Notes under the pieces: model-generated
What the model saw: only the letters and a program-made list of their open reading frames with translations
What the model was told of the DNA's origin: nothing
Database searches by the model: none
NCBI GenBank assembly: GCA_034530875.2
Contig: JAVRCJ020000062.1
Location: forward strand, 1 to 29,501
Source: Nostoc sp. DedSLP01
GTDB taxonomy: Bacteria > Cyanobacteriota > Cyanobacteriia > Cyanobacteriales > Nostocaceae
Direction: 5' to 3'
DNA: 29,501 nt
Part shown: positions 1-9,885 of the stretch, piece by piece
How the letters are laid out: the number at the start of each line of letters is the position of its first letter
Numbering within the stretch: the stretch's first letter is position 1
Made by a program: the position numbers and the translations under genes

Positions 1-61
1 GTTGACGATAACTATTTCTGATACGTACTTTATCTGAGACATTATCTTGATTATTGAACAT
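1..61 (-). CDS. 5' end of a small gene downstream of parM, putative ParR-like DNA-binding partner (runs off the window)
   Basis: Not in the ORF track. ATG at 61-59 is preceded by AGGAAAAAGCA and reads MFNNQDNVSDKVRIRNSYRQ to the edge. It sits directly after the reconstructed parM stop, and KVRIR resembles a ribbon-helix-helix beta strand. Confidence 0.5.
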   Translation of the reverse strand, partial: MFNNQDNVSDKVRIRNSYRQ

Positions 62-81
62 TGCTTTTTCCTACTGGATTT

Positions 82-858
82 TTAAGAATTTTTATTGACT
101 AGCCCCTTTGGGGCGGGGTGTGGGGTGTAGGGTGTAGGGAAAGAAAGAGTACCCCAAACAACAGGATACAAGCCTCTGTATTTATACATGGAATTAAAAG
201 AAGTATGTATTTTGACATACGTAGTACCAAAAATATAATGTCTTTGTTTGAAACCCCTTCTTTTAAGAATGAGATTTCCCTACACCCCACACCCTGTTCA
301 CTATTGCTTTGGCCATCTCCAATAACCCAACTGCATTAGCCTCTACCGGATTGTCCAGGACTTTGAAGCCATTTTTTTCTAGCAGCTTTTTAAATCCTGG
401 TAACAGACAGCCCCCACCAATCGCCCAGATTTCATCGCCTTGGTGTTTAGCATCGAGTGCCATACCTACTACTTTTTTCAAATATTTTTCATACCAATCC
501 TTAAAACAAGCCATGTAGACATCTTTGATATCAATGTCACGACTATATCTGGTGTGTTCGTTTTCTAAACAAAATCGCACCTTTGACGCGTCCCCAACTT
601 TACCTTCATTAAGATGTTTCATTTTTTGGGCAATCTCATCGATGAGGACTTCTACACCGACTGGGTAAGGTGTGTGTACTTCCCGCTTTCCTTGAGTGTA
701 TCAAGAATACAGTGTTGTGCCATTACCAAAGTCAATCACTGTTAACTTTTTGGGAAGGGAGCGTCCAAACAAAGCTCCCATTCCTTCTGGAACAACTTTT
801 AGCACTTCTACCTTGACTTCTGAGGGTTTGCCTGCGAGTGTTGCTTGATATTCTCCAT
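82..858 (-). pseudogene. parM: ParM/StbA-family actin-like plasmid segregation ATPase, 3' half only, inactivated
   Basis: ORFs 701..907 and 263..622 are in one frame, separated by a single TGA at 703-701 (GTTLYS*YTQGKREVH...). Actin-fold motifs VVPEGMGA, VIDFGNGTT, AIGGG and NPVEANAVG are present. The 5' half is replaced by IS sequence at about 859 and the 3' tip is interrupted by a 198-bp insert. Confidence 0.85.
102..299. mobile_element. MITE-like insertion with inverted (G/A)GGGTGT heptamer ends
   Basis: Left GGGTGTGGGGTGTAGGGTGTAGGGAAA and right TTTCCCTACACCCCACACCC are inverted. The element is flanked by direct ACTA at 98-101 and 300-303, and removing it restores parM ...AKAIVNKNS*. Confidence 0.75.
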
Positions 859-1856
859 TAGACTTATCCACAAAACGTAAATGCTTACTGTGAATGGGTT
901 TGAGCAATTCAGAGTGAATAGGCGATCGCTATCTTACTTTACGATAAAATAGGTGTTTGGCGGCATTGTGAGACAAAAAACTCAAATTGGAGTGAAAAGT
1001 ATAAAACAATAAAATTGATTTCTGGAGGAAAAATTAAGTATTAATGGTTAAGGATACTAAACGATTAAGTCTTAACCTAATTAGTCCGCAAACTGCCAGG
1101 ATTACCTGAGTATAGCGATGACGAGCTAGACGGAATTTTTCCGAGGCTACTCGAAATATTTTTACCCGACATATCATGTGTTCAACTGCGATTGTGCGAG
1201 ACGAAAGTTGTTTGTTCTCTTGTTTTTGTAATTCCGAAATTTCTGTATTCTTTCGTTTCTTATGAGGTGTGGTAATGGCATCATCTCCAATATAGGCCTT
1301 ATCGCCAATAAACCTTTGTGACTGAGCAAATTTACTCCGAGTATCTCGAAACAAATTAATATCACTTGTTTTTCCCAACATTCCCACATAGATATCTACA
1401 ATATCTTCACCACCAGGTAAGACAATAAACTGGTTTTTTAGAGTATGCATTTTTTTCTTACCTTCAGTTGTATCTTTTTTGTTCTTGAGAGTCTACAGGT
1501 CTAGCTGTAGGTTGTTCCGCACTATCAACAATTAATTCGTATTCGCACAGCATTCGCTGTAATTGATGATATTTTTGACTATCTATTGATGCTTCTTCCA
1601 TTTGAGATGCTGGTAAAATTTCTCTCCAAATATTTACCCAATAATTAAAAGCATCATTCGCTTTGGTTTTGGAAATATCAAAGAGTAACCCTAAAATCTC
1701 AAAAATTGGTTTTTGTCTGAGGTAAACTAGACACAAGCATATTCCTTCTTTAGGTGACATCTCTGGTTTGCGTCCGCCCCCAGGAGCAATAATCCGAATT
1801 TTATTTTTTTCAATTTCTGCCTGTTTCTCTATATGCCTTGTTTCTGCTAAGTTCAA
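859..1856 (-). mobile_element. Degenerate IS5-family (ISL2-like, HTH + DDE_Tnp_4) insertion sequence, 5'-truncated, transposase frameshifted
   Basis: 1464..1856 has GGGRKP, LVYLRQ and LIVDSAEQ; 1034..1450 has HTLKNQ, GDKAYIG and VEHMICRVK. The junction reads TAC AAC TGA A GGT AAG AAA AAA ATG (stop plus one extra base where YSGKKK is expected). A probable terminus TAGACTTATCCACAAAA abuts parM; no matching second end was found. Confidence 0.85.
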
Positions 1857-1883
1857 GGTTTTCTTTTTGATACCTGGAAACCA

Positions 1884-2378
1884 TCAATGATAGGCAAACA
1901 CTAAAAATCTAGTACCTTCGTATGTGAACTCTGCCATCTGAGACATCCCCATCTTTCTATGAGCGCGAAGTGATGGTTGATTGTTTGCTTTGATAAACAG
2001 TATCCCTTGACGTTGTGGTAAAAAATTTTTCAATTTAGAAAACATTGCCGCAGCAATACCTTGACCTCGCATAGTTTCCTCAACACAGATCGGACCATAT
2101 AAATAAGCGTCTTTTTCGCCAGGGTAGGCTTGTAACATTGCGGTGATAATTGGGATCTGTATTGATGCTTTTGACCAACTAAGTAAAAATCCTATAATCT
2201 TACTATCTTTGCGAGCAACAATGCCGGGCATTTGAGAGATGGTCTTGCTCACAGCTTCAGGTTCAAGACGACCCAATAACATTCCCCCATGTTCTGCATC
2301 ATTAGCTTGGGCCAACTCCAGAATTCCTGTAACATCTGCGACATTAGCACGCTCAATTACAAAATTAGAACAACACAT
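1884..2378 (-). CDS. GNAT family N-acetyltransferase
   Basis: Motif A ICVEETMRGQGIA and C-terminal NQPSLRAHRKMG. The ATG at 2378 is preferred over the TTG at 2393. Confidence 0.85.
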   Translation of the reverse strand: MCCSNFVIERANVADVTGILELAQANDAEHGGMLLGRLEPEAVSKTISQMPGIVARKDSKIIGFLLSWSKASIQIPIITAMLQAYPGEKDAYLYGPICVEETMRGQGIAAAMFSKLKNFLPQRQGILFIKANNQPSLRAHRKMGMSQMAEFTYEGTRFLVFAYH

Positions 2379-2551
2379 ACAGCGCCAAAGCAAAATAAGG
2401 AAATACTTAAAACCAAGAATCTTTTTTAAGAAAGATTAACACAACAGCCTCAAGTCTAACAGGTTAATATTACACAGTGCATTTGCCTTCAAAACTACGT
2501 ACATACCATTCACCGAATTCATCTTTGGGAAACCTCACCAATAAATAATTC

Positions 2552-2622
2552 AGGAGCCAGAATTAAAAATCTTCCTCAAAAAACCTTTAACTGAGGCATA
2601 GGTATTATGACTTCTGGCTCCT
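2552..2622. repeat. Intergenic inverted repeat
   Basis: AGGAGCCAGAA (2552-2562) and TTCTGGCTCCT (2612-2622) form a perfect 11-bp inverted pair, with an inner CCTCA/TGAGG pair. Confidence 0.55.
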
Positions 2623-2637
2623 AACTCTAAATCCTTT

Positions 2638-2886
2638 TTAACCAGCTATATCTTTGCCACTGTCGTAGCTCATAGCTCTGGGTTTTCTTTTTTTAACAGG
2701 CACTGCTGATTTCTTTGGAGGAGCAGGAGCGCGACAACTTAGGCAGTACAACGGACGGGGGCCATAAGTCTCGCGAGTAGTCGGCTTGTCGCACTGCTTG
2801 CACACAAAGTTGAAAGTGCGAGTATGAATTTGTCGCTTATGCGCTCTGACTGTATACTCTCGGACTTGAATTTCTTTGCTAGGCAT
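2638..2886 (-). CDS. Small basic Zn-ribbon-like hypothetical protein (82 aa)
   Basis: Two CxxC pairs (CKQC, CLSC) and a Lys/Arg-rich tail. Confidence 0.75.
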   Translation of the reverse strand: MPSKEIQVREYTVRAHKRQIHTRTFNFVCKQCDKPTTRETYGPRPLYCLSCRAPAPPKKSAVPVKKRKPRAMSYDSGKDIAG

Positions 2887-3106
2887 TGTTTAATGCTGGA
2901 CTTGTCAATTTTTTATTGGCTTAAAGCATCTTAGCTTTTACAGCCCAGATTTCAATACTTCCGGTAAACATAATTACCCACTTTATAGAACTTCAATTTT
3001 TCCGGCTACACCAAATCTAAACCGAAGGCGCAGCTAAATTCGCTTCAGTTTTAGGCGCAATAATTTCTTCAATTGTCTAGATGAATAACGAGCTGCTAAG
3101 AAAAAA

Positions 3107-3219
3107 GCGATCGCTGCTGCGCTATCCTGCCCTCTGCCTCCTGCCTTCGTTAATCATCCGCCAGTCGTACAAAATACCCAACTGAATTCTGACTCCTGAC
3201 TCCTGAATTCTGTTTGATA
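3107..3219. repeat. Nostoc-type heptamer/small-dispersed-repeat element (partial)
   Basis: CCTGCC(T) and CTGACTC heptamer runs. The core ATCCGCCAGTCGTACAAAAT is the reverse complement of ATTTTGTACGACTGGCGGAT at about 13624. Confidence 0.65.
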
Positions 3220-3230
3220 AGCCTAGATTT

Positions 3231-5855
3231 CTACAACCAATTACCAACTATAACGTAGGGTGCCCAGTACATCGGACGCTTATATTCAGGAGCTTCAAGT
3301 AATTTTAATTGAGCAAAGCGTAAAGCTTCTGCTGTAGTTTTACCAGTCACTAACTGGCGGTAAAATTCCTCAATAAATAAAGCTGTAGAGTTATCGCCAA
3401 TTTGCCACAGGGAGGCTAAAGTACTCCGCGCACCAGCACGCAAAGCCACCCCAGCTAATCCCAATGCAGCTCGGTTATCTCCTGCTGCTGTTTCGCAAGC
3501 GCTCAAAACAAGTAATTCAACTGGTTCTGTTAGTTTTTGCTCTCTACTTTTAAGCAAACTATCTAATTCACTCACATTGATGCGTCCATCAGCTGCTAGG
3601 ATAAAAGTGTCTTTTGCTTTAGAGCTAAATTGCCCGTGAGTTGCCAAGTGAACAACTTTAAAAGGTTGAGCGTTGATGGTTTTTCCTAAAGTCGTACTGG
3701 TAAAATTTTTATCCAATAATGTAGTTGTCGATACCCCGGATTCCTGAATTAATTTCAGTTCAACCTTAACGTAGGGAAGCGCTGCAAACTTTTCATTTTT
3801 GGGTGGTTGCGATAGTCCTCCAGCAAGGGCATTTAATTTTTTCTGTCCTAGAGATTTGGGAGTAAATAGTTGCAGTCCGGGGCTAATAACTACAGAATAT
3901 TTTTGGACTAAATACTCTCTGCCATCATACAATGCAGACATCGGGATATTTCGCAGCAACCCATCTGGAATAAAGACTAGAGTATTAACTTTACTATTTT
4001 TAAGGTCTATTTCAACTGGTTTAATTAACCAGTTATAAAGCTGTTGAGAAACTGCTTGAAATTTCTGATTAGCATCAGGTTCGACTATTGTCTCTCGTAT
4101 TTTTGTAATAACTTGCTCTAATTGCTGACGGTTGACTTGAGAAGTTTTATGAATCAACGGTTGCTTGGGAAGTTTGATAATAATTTCTAAATAATTATCT
4201 AGGATAATCGGGTAGAAAATAGCAGTATTCGGGTTGTCGCGGTCTACTACTTTGTCTAGAACCACAAATTGGTTACTTAAGCAAGCTTCTCGAAAAAAAT
4301 TGTCGAGTTCTGCAACTTGCAAAGCTTCTATTCGCTGACGTGCTTTATCTAAATTAGGTTTTCCTTGTCCTTTCTCTTGTAAAATCAACTCTACAGACTG
4401 CCGATAAAGAGGTTCTATACGATCGCGAAAATTGAACTGTACGTCTCGATTAACCGCAACTAAATCGCTGCGAAGAGACTGAAGAGTTGATACAGCAGCA
4501 TCATAAGCAGATATGGCGGCTTCGATATTTCCCTGTGCTTTGAGTAAGCGTCCTAACTGCCACTCAAGGCGATAAGCTATATCTGAGGCATCGATTTTTT
4601 GCGCTAGAAACAACGCTTGCTGAGTCAAATCCTGTGCTTCTTGCAATTGTTGGTTCTGCTCGTAAACTTCTCCCAAGCTGCCCAGTGCATAAGATTCGGC
4701 ACGTTCATCACCGATAATTTTGGCTTGGTGAACGCTAGTTGCCAGAATCTCTGCAATGTCTTTTTTGTTACCAATTGTGGTTAGAGTCTGAGCAAAATTG
4801 ATTCGTGCATAAATACCAGCTTGATTGGTAGGCAGATTAGGAAATTGAGATTGAATTGTGGGTATTAATAACTTTGCTTCAGTGATGCGTTCGTTTTCGA
4901 CTAGCAAACTCAGCTGATTAATCAGAGCTTGAACTTTGGCTAGAGGGTTTGGTGCAATTTTGGCAGCATTTTCATAATGAGCGATCGCATCTTTAATATT
5001 ACTTAACGACCTAGCAGTATTACCGAGGCTAAATTCCGTCAAACTAATTTCTAAAGGCAGTTGCAGACGTTGAGCGATTTCTAAGCTTTGTTGTAAGTTT
5101 TTCTGGGATAACTCTAGTTCGCCTAATTGTTGTAAGACATTGCCAAGCGATCGCAAAGCTGTTACTTTTACAGGTGAGTCAGGTTGGGAACTTAATTGTT
5201 GGGATACTTTATTCAATATATCTAAGCTACGACGGTAAAAACCAGCAACTCGTAGCGCTTGTGCTTGGTTAACACGGCTGCGCGTTACTCCAGCATTGTC
5301 ACCTAATTTCTTCCAGATTTGCTCTGCTTGTTGTGATGTTTTTACAGATGCATCAGTTTGTCCGTCTGCTAATTGCAATTCGCCCTGAATGTTTAGAGTT
5401 TGTGCAAGAATTTCTAACAATTCAGATTTGGGATTGTTGACATTTAACTTTTGATTTATCTCATCCCAACCAAGCAAATTTAAGCTATTGTCAATAGTTG
5501 CATAAGCTTCTTTCCAGGAGCCGAGTTGCTGGTATACAAGACAGAGGTTAGTCAGCGCTGCGGCTTGTGCAAGGTTATTGCTTTCTCGTTGATAAATACG
5601 GACAGCTTGTTGTAGAACATTTACTGCTTCAGTAAAGCGTCCAGCTTGATAAAGTGCTTCTCCTTGCTCAATAAGTTGCTGTGGTGTTGTAGCTGGAGGT
5701 TTATTTGTTTGGATGTGAAACCCGTTTGATGAATTTGTCTGGATTTGTTTAGCAAATGTGCTAGGGATAAGAGTCAGGAAAATAGCAAGGGTAAATAGGA
5801 CTACGGGAGTTACCGCAAATCTAATTACTTGCTTTGGCAGCTGAAGTTTTGCCAT
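3231..5855 (-). CDS. TPR-repeat CHAT-domain (caspase-like) protein with N-terminal signal peptide
   Basis: Hydrophobic N-terminus ending STFA, helical TPR-like repeats, then CHAT motifs LVFIPDG, HLATHG, LVLSACET, ASLW and YWAPYVIVGNWL. RBS GGAGG lies upstream and the start overlaps the upstream gene by 35 bp. Confidence 0.93.
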   Translation of the reverse strand: MAKLQLPKQVIRFAVTPVVLFTLAIFLTLIPSTFAKQIQTNSSNGFHIQTNKPPATTPQQLIEQGEALYQAGRFTEAVNVLQQAVRIYQRESNNLAQAAALTNLCLVYQQLGSWKEAYATIDNSLNLLGWDEINQKLNVNNPKSELLEILAQTLNIQGELQLADGQTDASVKTSQQAEQIWKKLGDNAGVTRSRVNQAQALRVAGFYRRSLDILNKVSQQLSSQPDSPVKVTALRSLGNVLQQLGELELSQKNLQQSLEIAQRLQLPLEISLTEFSLGNTARSLSNIKDAIAHYENAAKIAPNPLAKVQALINQLSLLVENERITEAKLLIPTIQSQFPNLPTNQAGIYARINFAQTLTTIGNKKDIAEILATSVHQAKIIGDERAESYALGSLGEVYEQNQQLQEAQDLTQQALFLAQKIDASDIAYRLEWQLGRLLKAQGNIEAAISAYDAAVSTLQSLRSDLVAVNRDVQFNFRDRIEPLYRQSVELILQEKGQGKPNLDKARQRIEALQVAELDNFFREACLSNQFVVLDKVVDRDNPNTAIFYPIILDNYLEIIIKLPKQPLIHKTSQVNRQQLEQVITKIRETIVEPDANQKFQAVSQQLYNWLIKPVEIDLKNSKVNTLVFIPDGLLRNIPMSALYDGREYLVQKYSVVISPGLQLFTPKSLGQKKLNALAGGLSQPPKNEKFAALPYVKVELKLIQESGVSTTTLLDKNFTSTTLGKTINAQPFKVVHLATHGQFSSKAKDTFILAADGRINVSELDSLLKSREQKLTEPVELLVLSACETAAGDNRAALGLAGVALRAGARSTLASLWQIGDNSTALFIEEFYRQLVTGKTTAEALRFAQLKLLEAPEYKRPMYWAPYVIVGNWL

Positions 5856-8502
5856 ATTTCACACCTCCCTGAGATACAGGACAGTCAGCAGGTGTTTGCC
5901 AAGGGCTGTGGGGGTTGAGTTGAGGAACTTGTGCTACTAGTTCTATGTTTCCCTTGCGATCGATAACCCAGCCAGAAGCTTCCACAATTGGGATTGTAGC
6001 AGCAATAGAAGTAGCTGAAACTTCTGTTGGTTGTGGTACAGGCGTTATGTTTGCCAAGTTTTCTGATTTTGGTCTTAATTTTACCCACACAGATACAGTA
6101 CTTGAATCTTGTAACGGTTCAGTGGGACTCATGGGTAGTCCGCCGCGTCCTGTTGCCACAAATGTATTTTGGAATTGCCGAGTTCCAGGCGTGCAGGCGG
6201 TGGAAATTTGGTTAGAAGCATCAACTAGATTAATTGGGAGTTCGACTAAGCCCTGAGTGGGGTCTAAATCAGGTAGAGTAATTTCTATATTTCCGATTAA
6301 ATCAGGTGTTGCTCCTTTGGCGGTAATATCACTATTTGGAGAAGGTTCTTTTCTAGACTGAATACCAAAGATCCCTGCAATATTTTTGATAATGATATTT
6401 CCACCACGGAAATTAGCAGAATCTGCTCTAATATCGCTATTTTCTAATGGAACAGCGATGATGAAACCATTTTTAGCATCAATGGTAATATTGCCGCCAC
6501 TAATATTGTCTCCACTAGCGTTAGTGGTGATACTACTACCACGACGCAGTAGCAATAGAGGTGAATTAACAATGATATTTCCCCCTCCGCCAGTAGTATT
6601 AGCATTAATTTCGCCGGCGTTATTCAACACGATAGAGTTAGCATTTACAGTTATGTCACCTGCCTTACCTTTGGCATCAAATGTGCTAGCACTAACATTT
6701 GCCCCATCTCGAATTAGTAATTCACGAGTGTTTATCCTCAAGTCTCCTCCATCACCTGTACTGCCTCGGTCGGCGGCAGCAGACAAAAAGCTAATAAAGC
6801 GACCATCACTGGAACGACCAATCACTTGTACACTATCAGCAGTGATAGCCAAATTCCCCCCCTTACCTGCACCAAATGTGGCAGTACTAACATTTGCCCC
6901 ATCTCGAATTAGTAATTCACGAGTGTTTATCCTTAAGTCTCCTCCATCGCCTGTACTTTTCCCAGCTTGAGCAGACAAGATACTGAAGTTACCAATCACT
7001 TGTACACTATCAGCAGTAATAGCTAAATTCCCCCCCTTAGCTGCACCAAATGTGGCAGTACTAACAAATGTCCCATCTCGAATTAGTAATTCACGAGTGT
7101 TAATCGTTAAGTCACCCGCATTGCCTCTACCTACAGATTGAGCAACCAAGTTGCTGAATCTACCATCACTGGAGCGACCAACCACTTGTACGCTATCAGC
7201 AGTAACAGCCAAATTCCCTCCCTTACCTGCACCAAATGTGGCAGTACTAACAAATCCCCCATCTCGAATTAGTAACTCACGAGTGTTAATCGTCAAGTTG
7301 CCTGCATTGCCTATATCTTGAGATTGAGCTCCCAAGCTACTCGATCTACTAGCACTGGAGCGACCAACCACTTGTACGCTATCAGCAGTGACAGCCAAAT
7401 TCCCCCCCTGACCTGCACCAAATGTGGTAGCACTTACCTGTGCTCCATCTCGAATTAGGAATTCACGAGTGTTAATTGTCAAGTTACCTGCATTTCCAGT
7501 TGCATTTGGGTAAACTTGAGCAGACAAGTCACTGTATCGACCACTTGCATTTACCGACTCAGTAGCATTCACTAGCAAATTTCCCCCCTGTTTTGTCCCT
7601 AGAGTACTTGTCTCGATCTGAGAACCATTTGTAAGGGTGACACGTTTGCCTTGCAGTTGAATATCACCACCACCTTCCCCGCTTGCATCCACGGTTGCCT
7701 GTTGGGATAATTGAATATTTCCAAAACTTTGCACGCCACTATAACCCAAAGCAAAACCTTTGCTAGTCGGTGTGAGGCTAACTAAACCATTTCCGGCGAC
7801 AGAGCCTAATTCTATCTTTCCACCAGCAGTTTTCAGTGTTGCCCCTTCTAAATTAATATCTCCACCGACTAAAGCTAAAGTTCGATTGGGTCGCACTCGC
7901 AATGCATCTTGTGTATCAATGATGGGAGAATTAAAATCTCTTACTCCCTGACCATTACCCTGTACCTGAATCAAACCAGGATTCGCTCCAAATTGCAAAC
8001 CAATCGGCACGCTAATAGTTAATAAAGGTGTTGGTTGCGGTTTTTTGGCACTAAATTCCAAACCATCCGCAAATTTCATCACGTCGGCAGATGTGGCAAA
8101 AAAAGAACCGCCAATATCTAATCGAGCATTCTGACCAAATATAATACCGTTAGGATTAATCAAAAACAGATTCGCTGCGTTAGCACGAATTAACCCATCA
8201 ATATTAGAAATAGAATTACCCGTTACCCGACTAATAATATTTTGAATATCTGCGGCATTTTTAAACAAAGCCGTGCTGTTAGTAGGGACAGAAAATTCGG
8301 AAAAGCTGTGGAACAGATTACCCCCTCTGATGGTTCCACCCTCAATAATGGTGGTATTGCCGTCTAATTTCACATTGGAATTATTTGGCAGAGTGCCGTC
8401 TGGGGTGATTTGAGCAACTGAGCTATTTGTATATAAGGTAACTGCATTAATAATGGCAACTCCTAGACCTTGTAACCAGTTTGGCGCAGTTTTAAAAGAC
8501 AT
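5821..8502 (-). CDS. Filamentous haemagglutinin N-terminal-domain exoprotein (TpsA-like) #1
   Basis: Signal peptide (SVA|QITPD), TPS motifs NLFHSFSEF, SRVTG and LINPNG, five ~60-aa beta-helix repeats (INTRELLIRDG), and a C-terminal TGRGGLP...IVEASGW domain. Confidence 0.93.
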   Translation of the reverse strand: MSFKTAPNWLQGLGVAIINAVTLYTNSSVAQITPDGTLPNNSNVKLDGNTTIIEGGTIRGGNLFHSFSEFSVPTNSTALFKNAADIQNIISRVTGNSISNIDGLIRANAANLFLINPNGIIFGQNARLDIGGSFFATSADVMKFADGLEFSAKKPQPTPLLTISVPIGLQFGANPGLIQVQGNGQGVRDFNSPIIDTQDALRVRPNRTLALVGGDINLEGATLKTAGGKIELGSVAGNGLVSLTPTSKGFALGYSGVQSFGNIQLSQQATVDASGEGGGDIQLQGKRVTLTNGSQIETSTLGTKQGGNLLVNATESVNASGRYSDLSAQVYPNATGNAGNLTINTREFLIRDGAQVSATTFGAGQGGNLAVTADSVQVVGRSSASRSSSLGAQSQDIGNAGNLTINTRELLIRDGGFVSTATFGAGKGGNLAVTADSVQVVGRSSDGRFSNLVAQSVGRGNAGDLTINTRELLIRDGTFVSTATFGAAKGGNLAITADSVQVIGNFSILSAQAGKSTGDGGDLRINTRELLIRDGANVSTATFGAGKGGNLAITADSVQVIGRSSDGRFISFLSAAADRGSTGDGGDLRINTRELLIRDGANVSASTFDAKGKAGDITVNANSIVLNNAGEINANTTGGGGNIIVNSPLLLLRRGSSITTNASGDNISGGNITIDAKNGFIIAVPLENSDIRADSANFRGGNIIIKNIAGIFGIQSRKEPSPNSDITAKGATPDLIGNIEITLPDLDPTQGLVELPINLVDASNQISTACTPGTRQFQNTFVATGRGGLPMSPTEPLQDSSTVSVWVKLRPKSENLANITPVPQPTEVSATSIAATIPIVEASGWVIDRKGNIELVAQVPQLNPHSPWQTPADCPVSQGGVKYGKTSAAKASN

Positions 8503-8565
8503 TGCACTCTCCTATAGAAAAGGAAATTTAGGTTAGAAGCCTTAATCTTGAGTAGAAGTGTCAAA

Positions 8566-8735
8566 ACTGGCTCTTTCAAGGCAGGTAAAAAGTTTAGTTA
8601 ATAAATTACTTTTTAAGCTATTTACTCTGTGTTTTATGCTTCTATAGCAGTTAAATAAATTACTTATAAACCACAGAGGCACAGAGAGCGCTAAAGAAAA
8701 ACTAGATATTTAACGAGTCACCTTGAAAGGCTAGT
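8566..8735. mobile_element. Possible small MITE remnant
   Basis: Imperfect terminal inverted repeats ACTGGCTCTTTCAAGG and CCTTGAAAGGCTAGT. Confidence 0.4.
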
Positions 8736-8908
8736 CCTGTAAGTGTCAGGACAATGAACTTATGCACAACAGACGATATTAGCAAATTGGCACTGCTAAA
8801 TCAAGTGAATAAACCAGAGCAAGGGTTTGAGCGTTTGATAATTGAGGCAATTTTTTCCTCAATATCCTTATGCAACAAGGGTTTCACAAATTACGTGCGT
8901 TTGCCTTC

Positions 8909-9170
8909 GTGAATAAACTTATCTCACTGCTACTAATTAACAATCAGAAGGCAAAGCTAAAAAATCTCTGATTCGGGGTCGTGAATAAAATTATCTCACT
9001 GCTACCAATTAACAATCAGAAGGCAAAGCTAAAAAACTTCTGATTCGGGGTCGTGAATAAACCAATCTCACTGCTACCAATTAACAATCAGAAGGCAAAG
9101 CTAAAAAACTTCTGATTCGGGGTCGTGAATAAACTTATCTCACTGCTACCAATTAAGAATTAGAAGGCAA
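8909..9170 (+). repeat. Tandem 72-bp repeat array A (~3.6 copies), putative promoter plus hairpin units
   Basis: Units start at 8909, 8981, 9053 and 9125: GTGAATAAACTTATCTCACTGCTACCAATTAACAATCAGAAGGCAAAGCTAAAAAACTTCTGATTCGGGGTC. AATCAGAAG/CTTCTGATT forms a 9-bp stem. Confidence 0.92.
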
Positions 9171-9228
9171 AACCAAACTAGCGATCGCCTTCAGTTCAAG
9201 TTCAAACTTGAAATTTCGGAGATGTCTA

Positions 9229-9591
9229 ATGTCTAACATCAACAACTACGGAGTAGATATGAACGAGAAAACTTTAACAGAATTGAACTTCAGCGCAGTG
9301 AAGGAACTTAACGATGAGGTTGCTGCTACTTGTAGTGGAGGTAATGCACAGTTATTCCGGGGTGCTAACTTTCAGGGAGGTGGTATAACGTTTACTGGCA
9401 GCGATCGCAACCTAGCTAATAACAATTTCAACGACGCCACCTCATCTATTGTTATTACAGGAAATCAAAGATGGAGGTTTTATAAAAATACAAACTTTAG
9501 AGGTCCATCTATAACTTTAGGACCAGGACGATACCGTAGAGTTGCTGGAGGAGTAAACGATTCAATTAGTTCTCTCAAACGCTTATCATAG
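9229..9591 (+). CDS. Double-glycine-leader protein with single beta/gamma-crystallin domain #1
   Basis: Leader ends ELNDEVAATCSGG. The 82-aa mature part has two Greek-key motifs (LFRGANFQG...FNDATSSIVI and WRFYKNTNFRG...NDSISSLK). GGAG precedes the ATG at 9229 and the N-terminus matches the paralogues. Confidence 0.88.
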   Translation: MSNINNYGVDMNEKTLTELNFSAVKELNDEVAATCSGGNAQLFRGANFQGGGITFTGSDRNLANNNFNDATSSIVITGNQRWRFYKNTNFRGPSITLGPGRYRRVAGGVNDSISSLKRLS

Positions 9592-9635
9592 ATTTGACTT
9601 CTGTGTATCCGTTTTAGTGACTTTGGTTAGATAGT

Positions 9636-9677
9636 AAAATAGCCTCAGAGTATTCATCCATTTCTGAGGCTATTTTT
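9636..9677 (+). terminator. Intrinsic terminator
   Basis: 14-bp stem AAAATAGCCTCAGA / TCTGAGGCTATTTT ending in a T run, about 45 bp after the stop. Confidence 0.8.
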
Positions 9678-9885
9678 CTATTTCATGCCTCTGTTAAAAC
9701 TTCTCTCATCCCCTCTCTAATTTGCAACAGAGATTCTGCAATTAGAGTAAAAGTTTTTAGTATACATCATCCGAAATTTATATTACTTAATCGTCTATAT
9801 TGTCTCAAAGTCATTGTTGTCTAAGTGTCAGGATAATCAACTTATATACAACAGAAATATTAGCAAATTGGCACTGTTGAATCAA

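Noticed and set aside
99..518. Small ORFs 99..290, 118..339 and 309..518, and 20578..20760
   Set aside because: They lie within MITE-like inserts or antisense to parM.
1451..1466. Programmed frameshift in the transposase
   Set aside because: The junction shows a stop plus an extra base inside the expected YSGKKK motif of a 5'-truncated copy, so decay is the simpler explanation.
8945..8975. c-di-GMP (GEMM) riboswitch suggested by GGCAAA
   Set aside because: Only a short motif matches; the two-stem architecture is not evident.
9213..9228. IS terminal repeat-like ATTTCGGAGATGTCTA before gene #1
   Set aside because: It is explained by the RBS and start context; only a weak partner exists near 9763 and there is no transposase.
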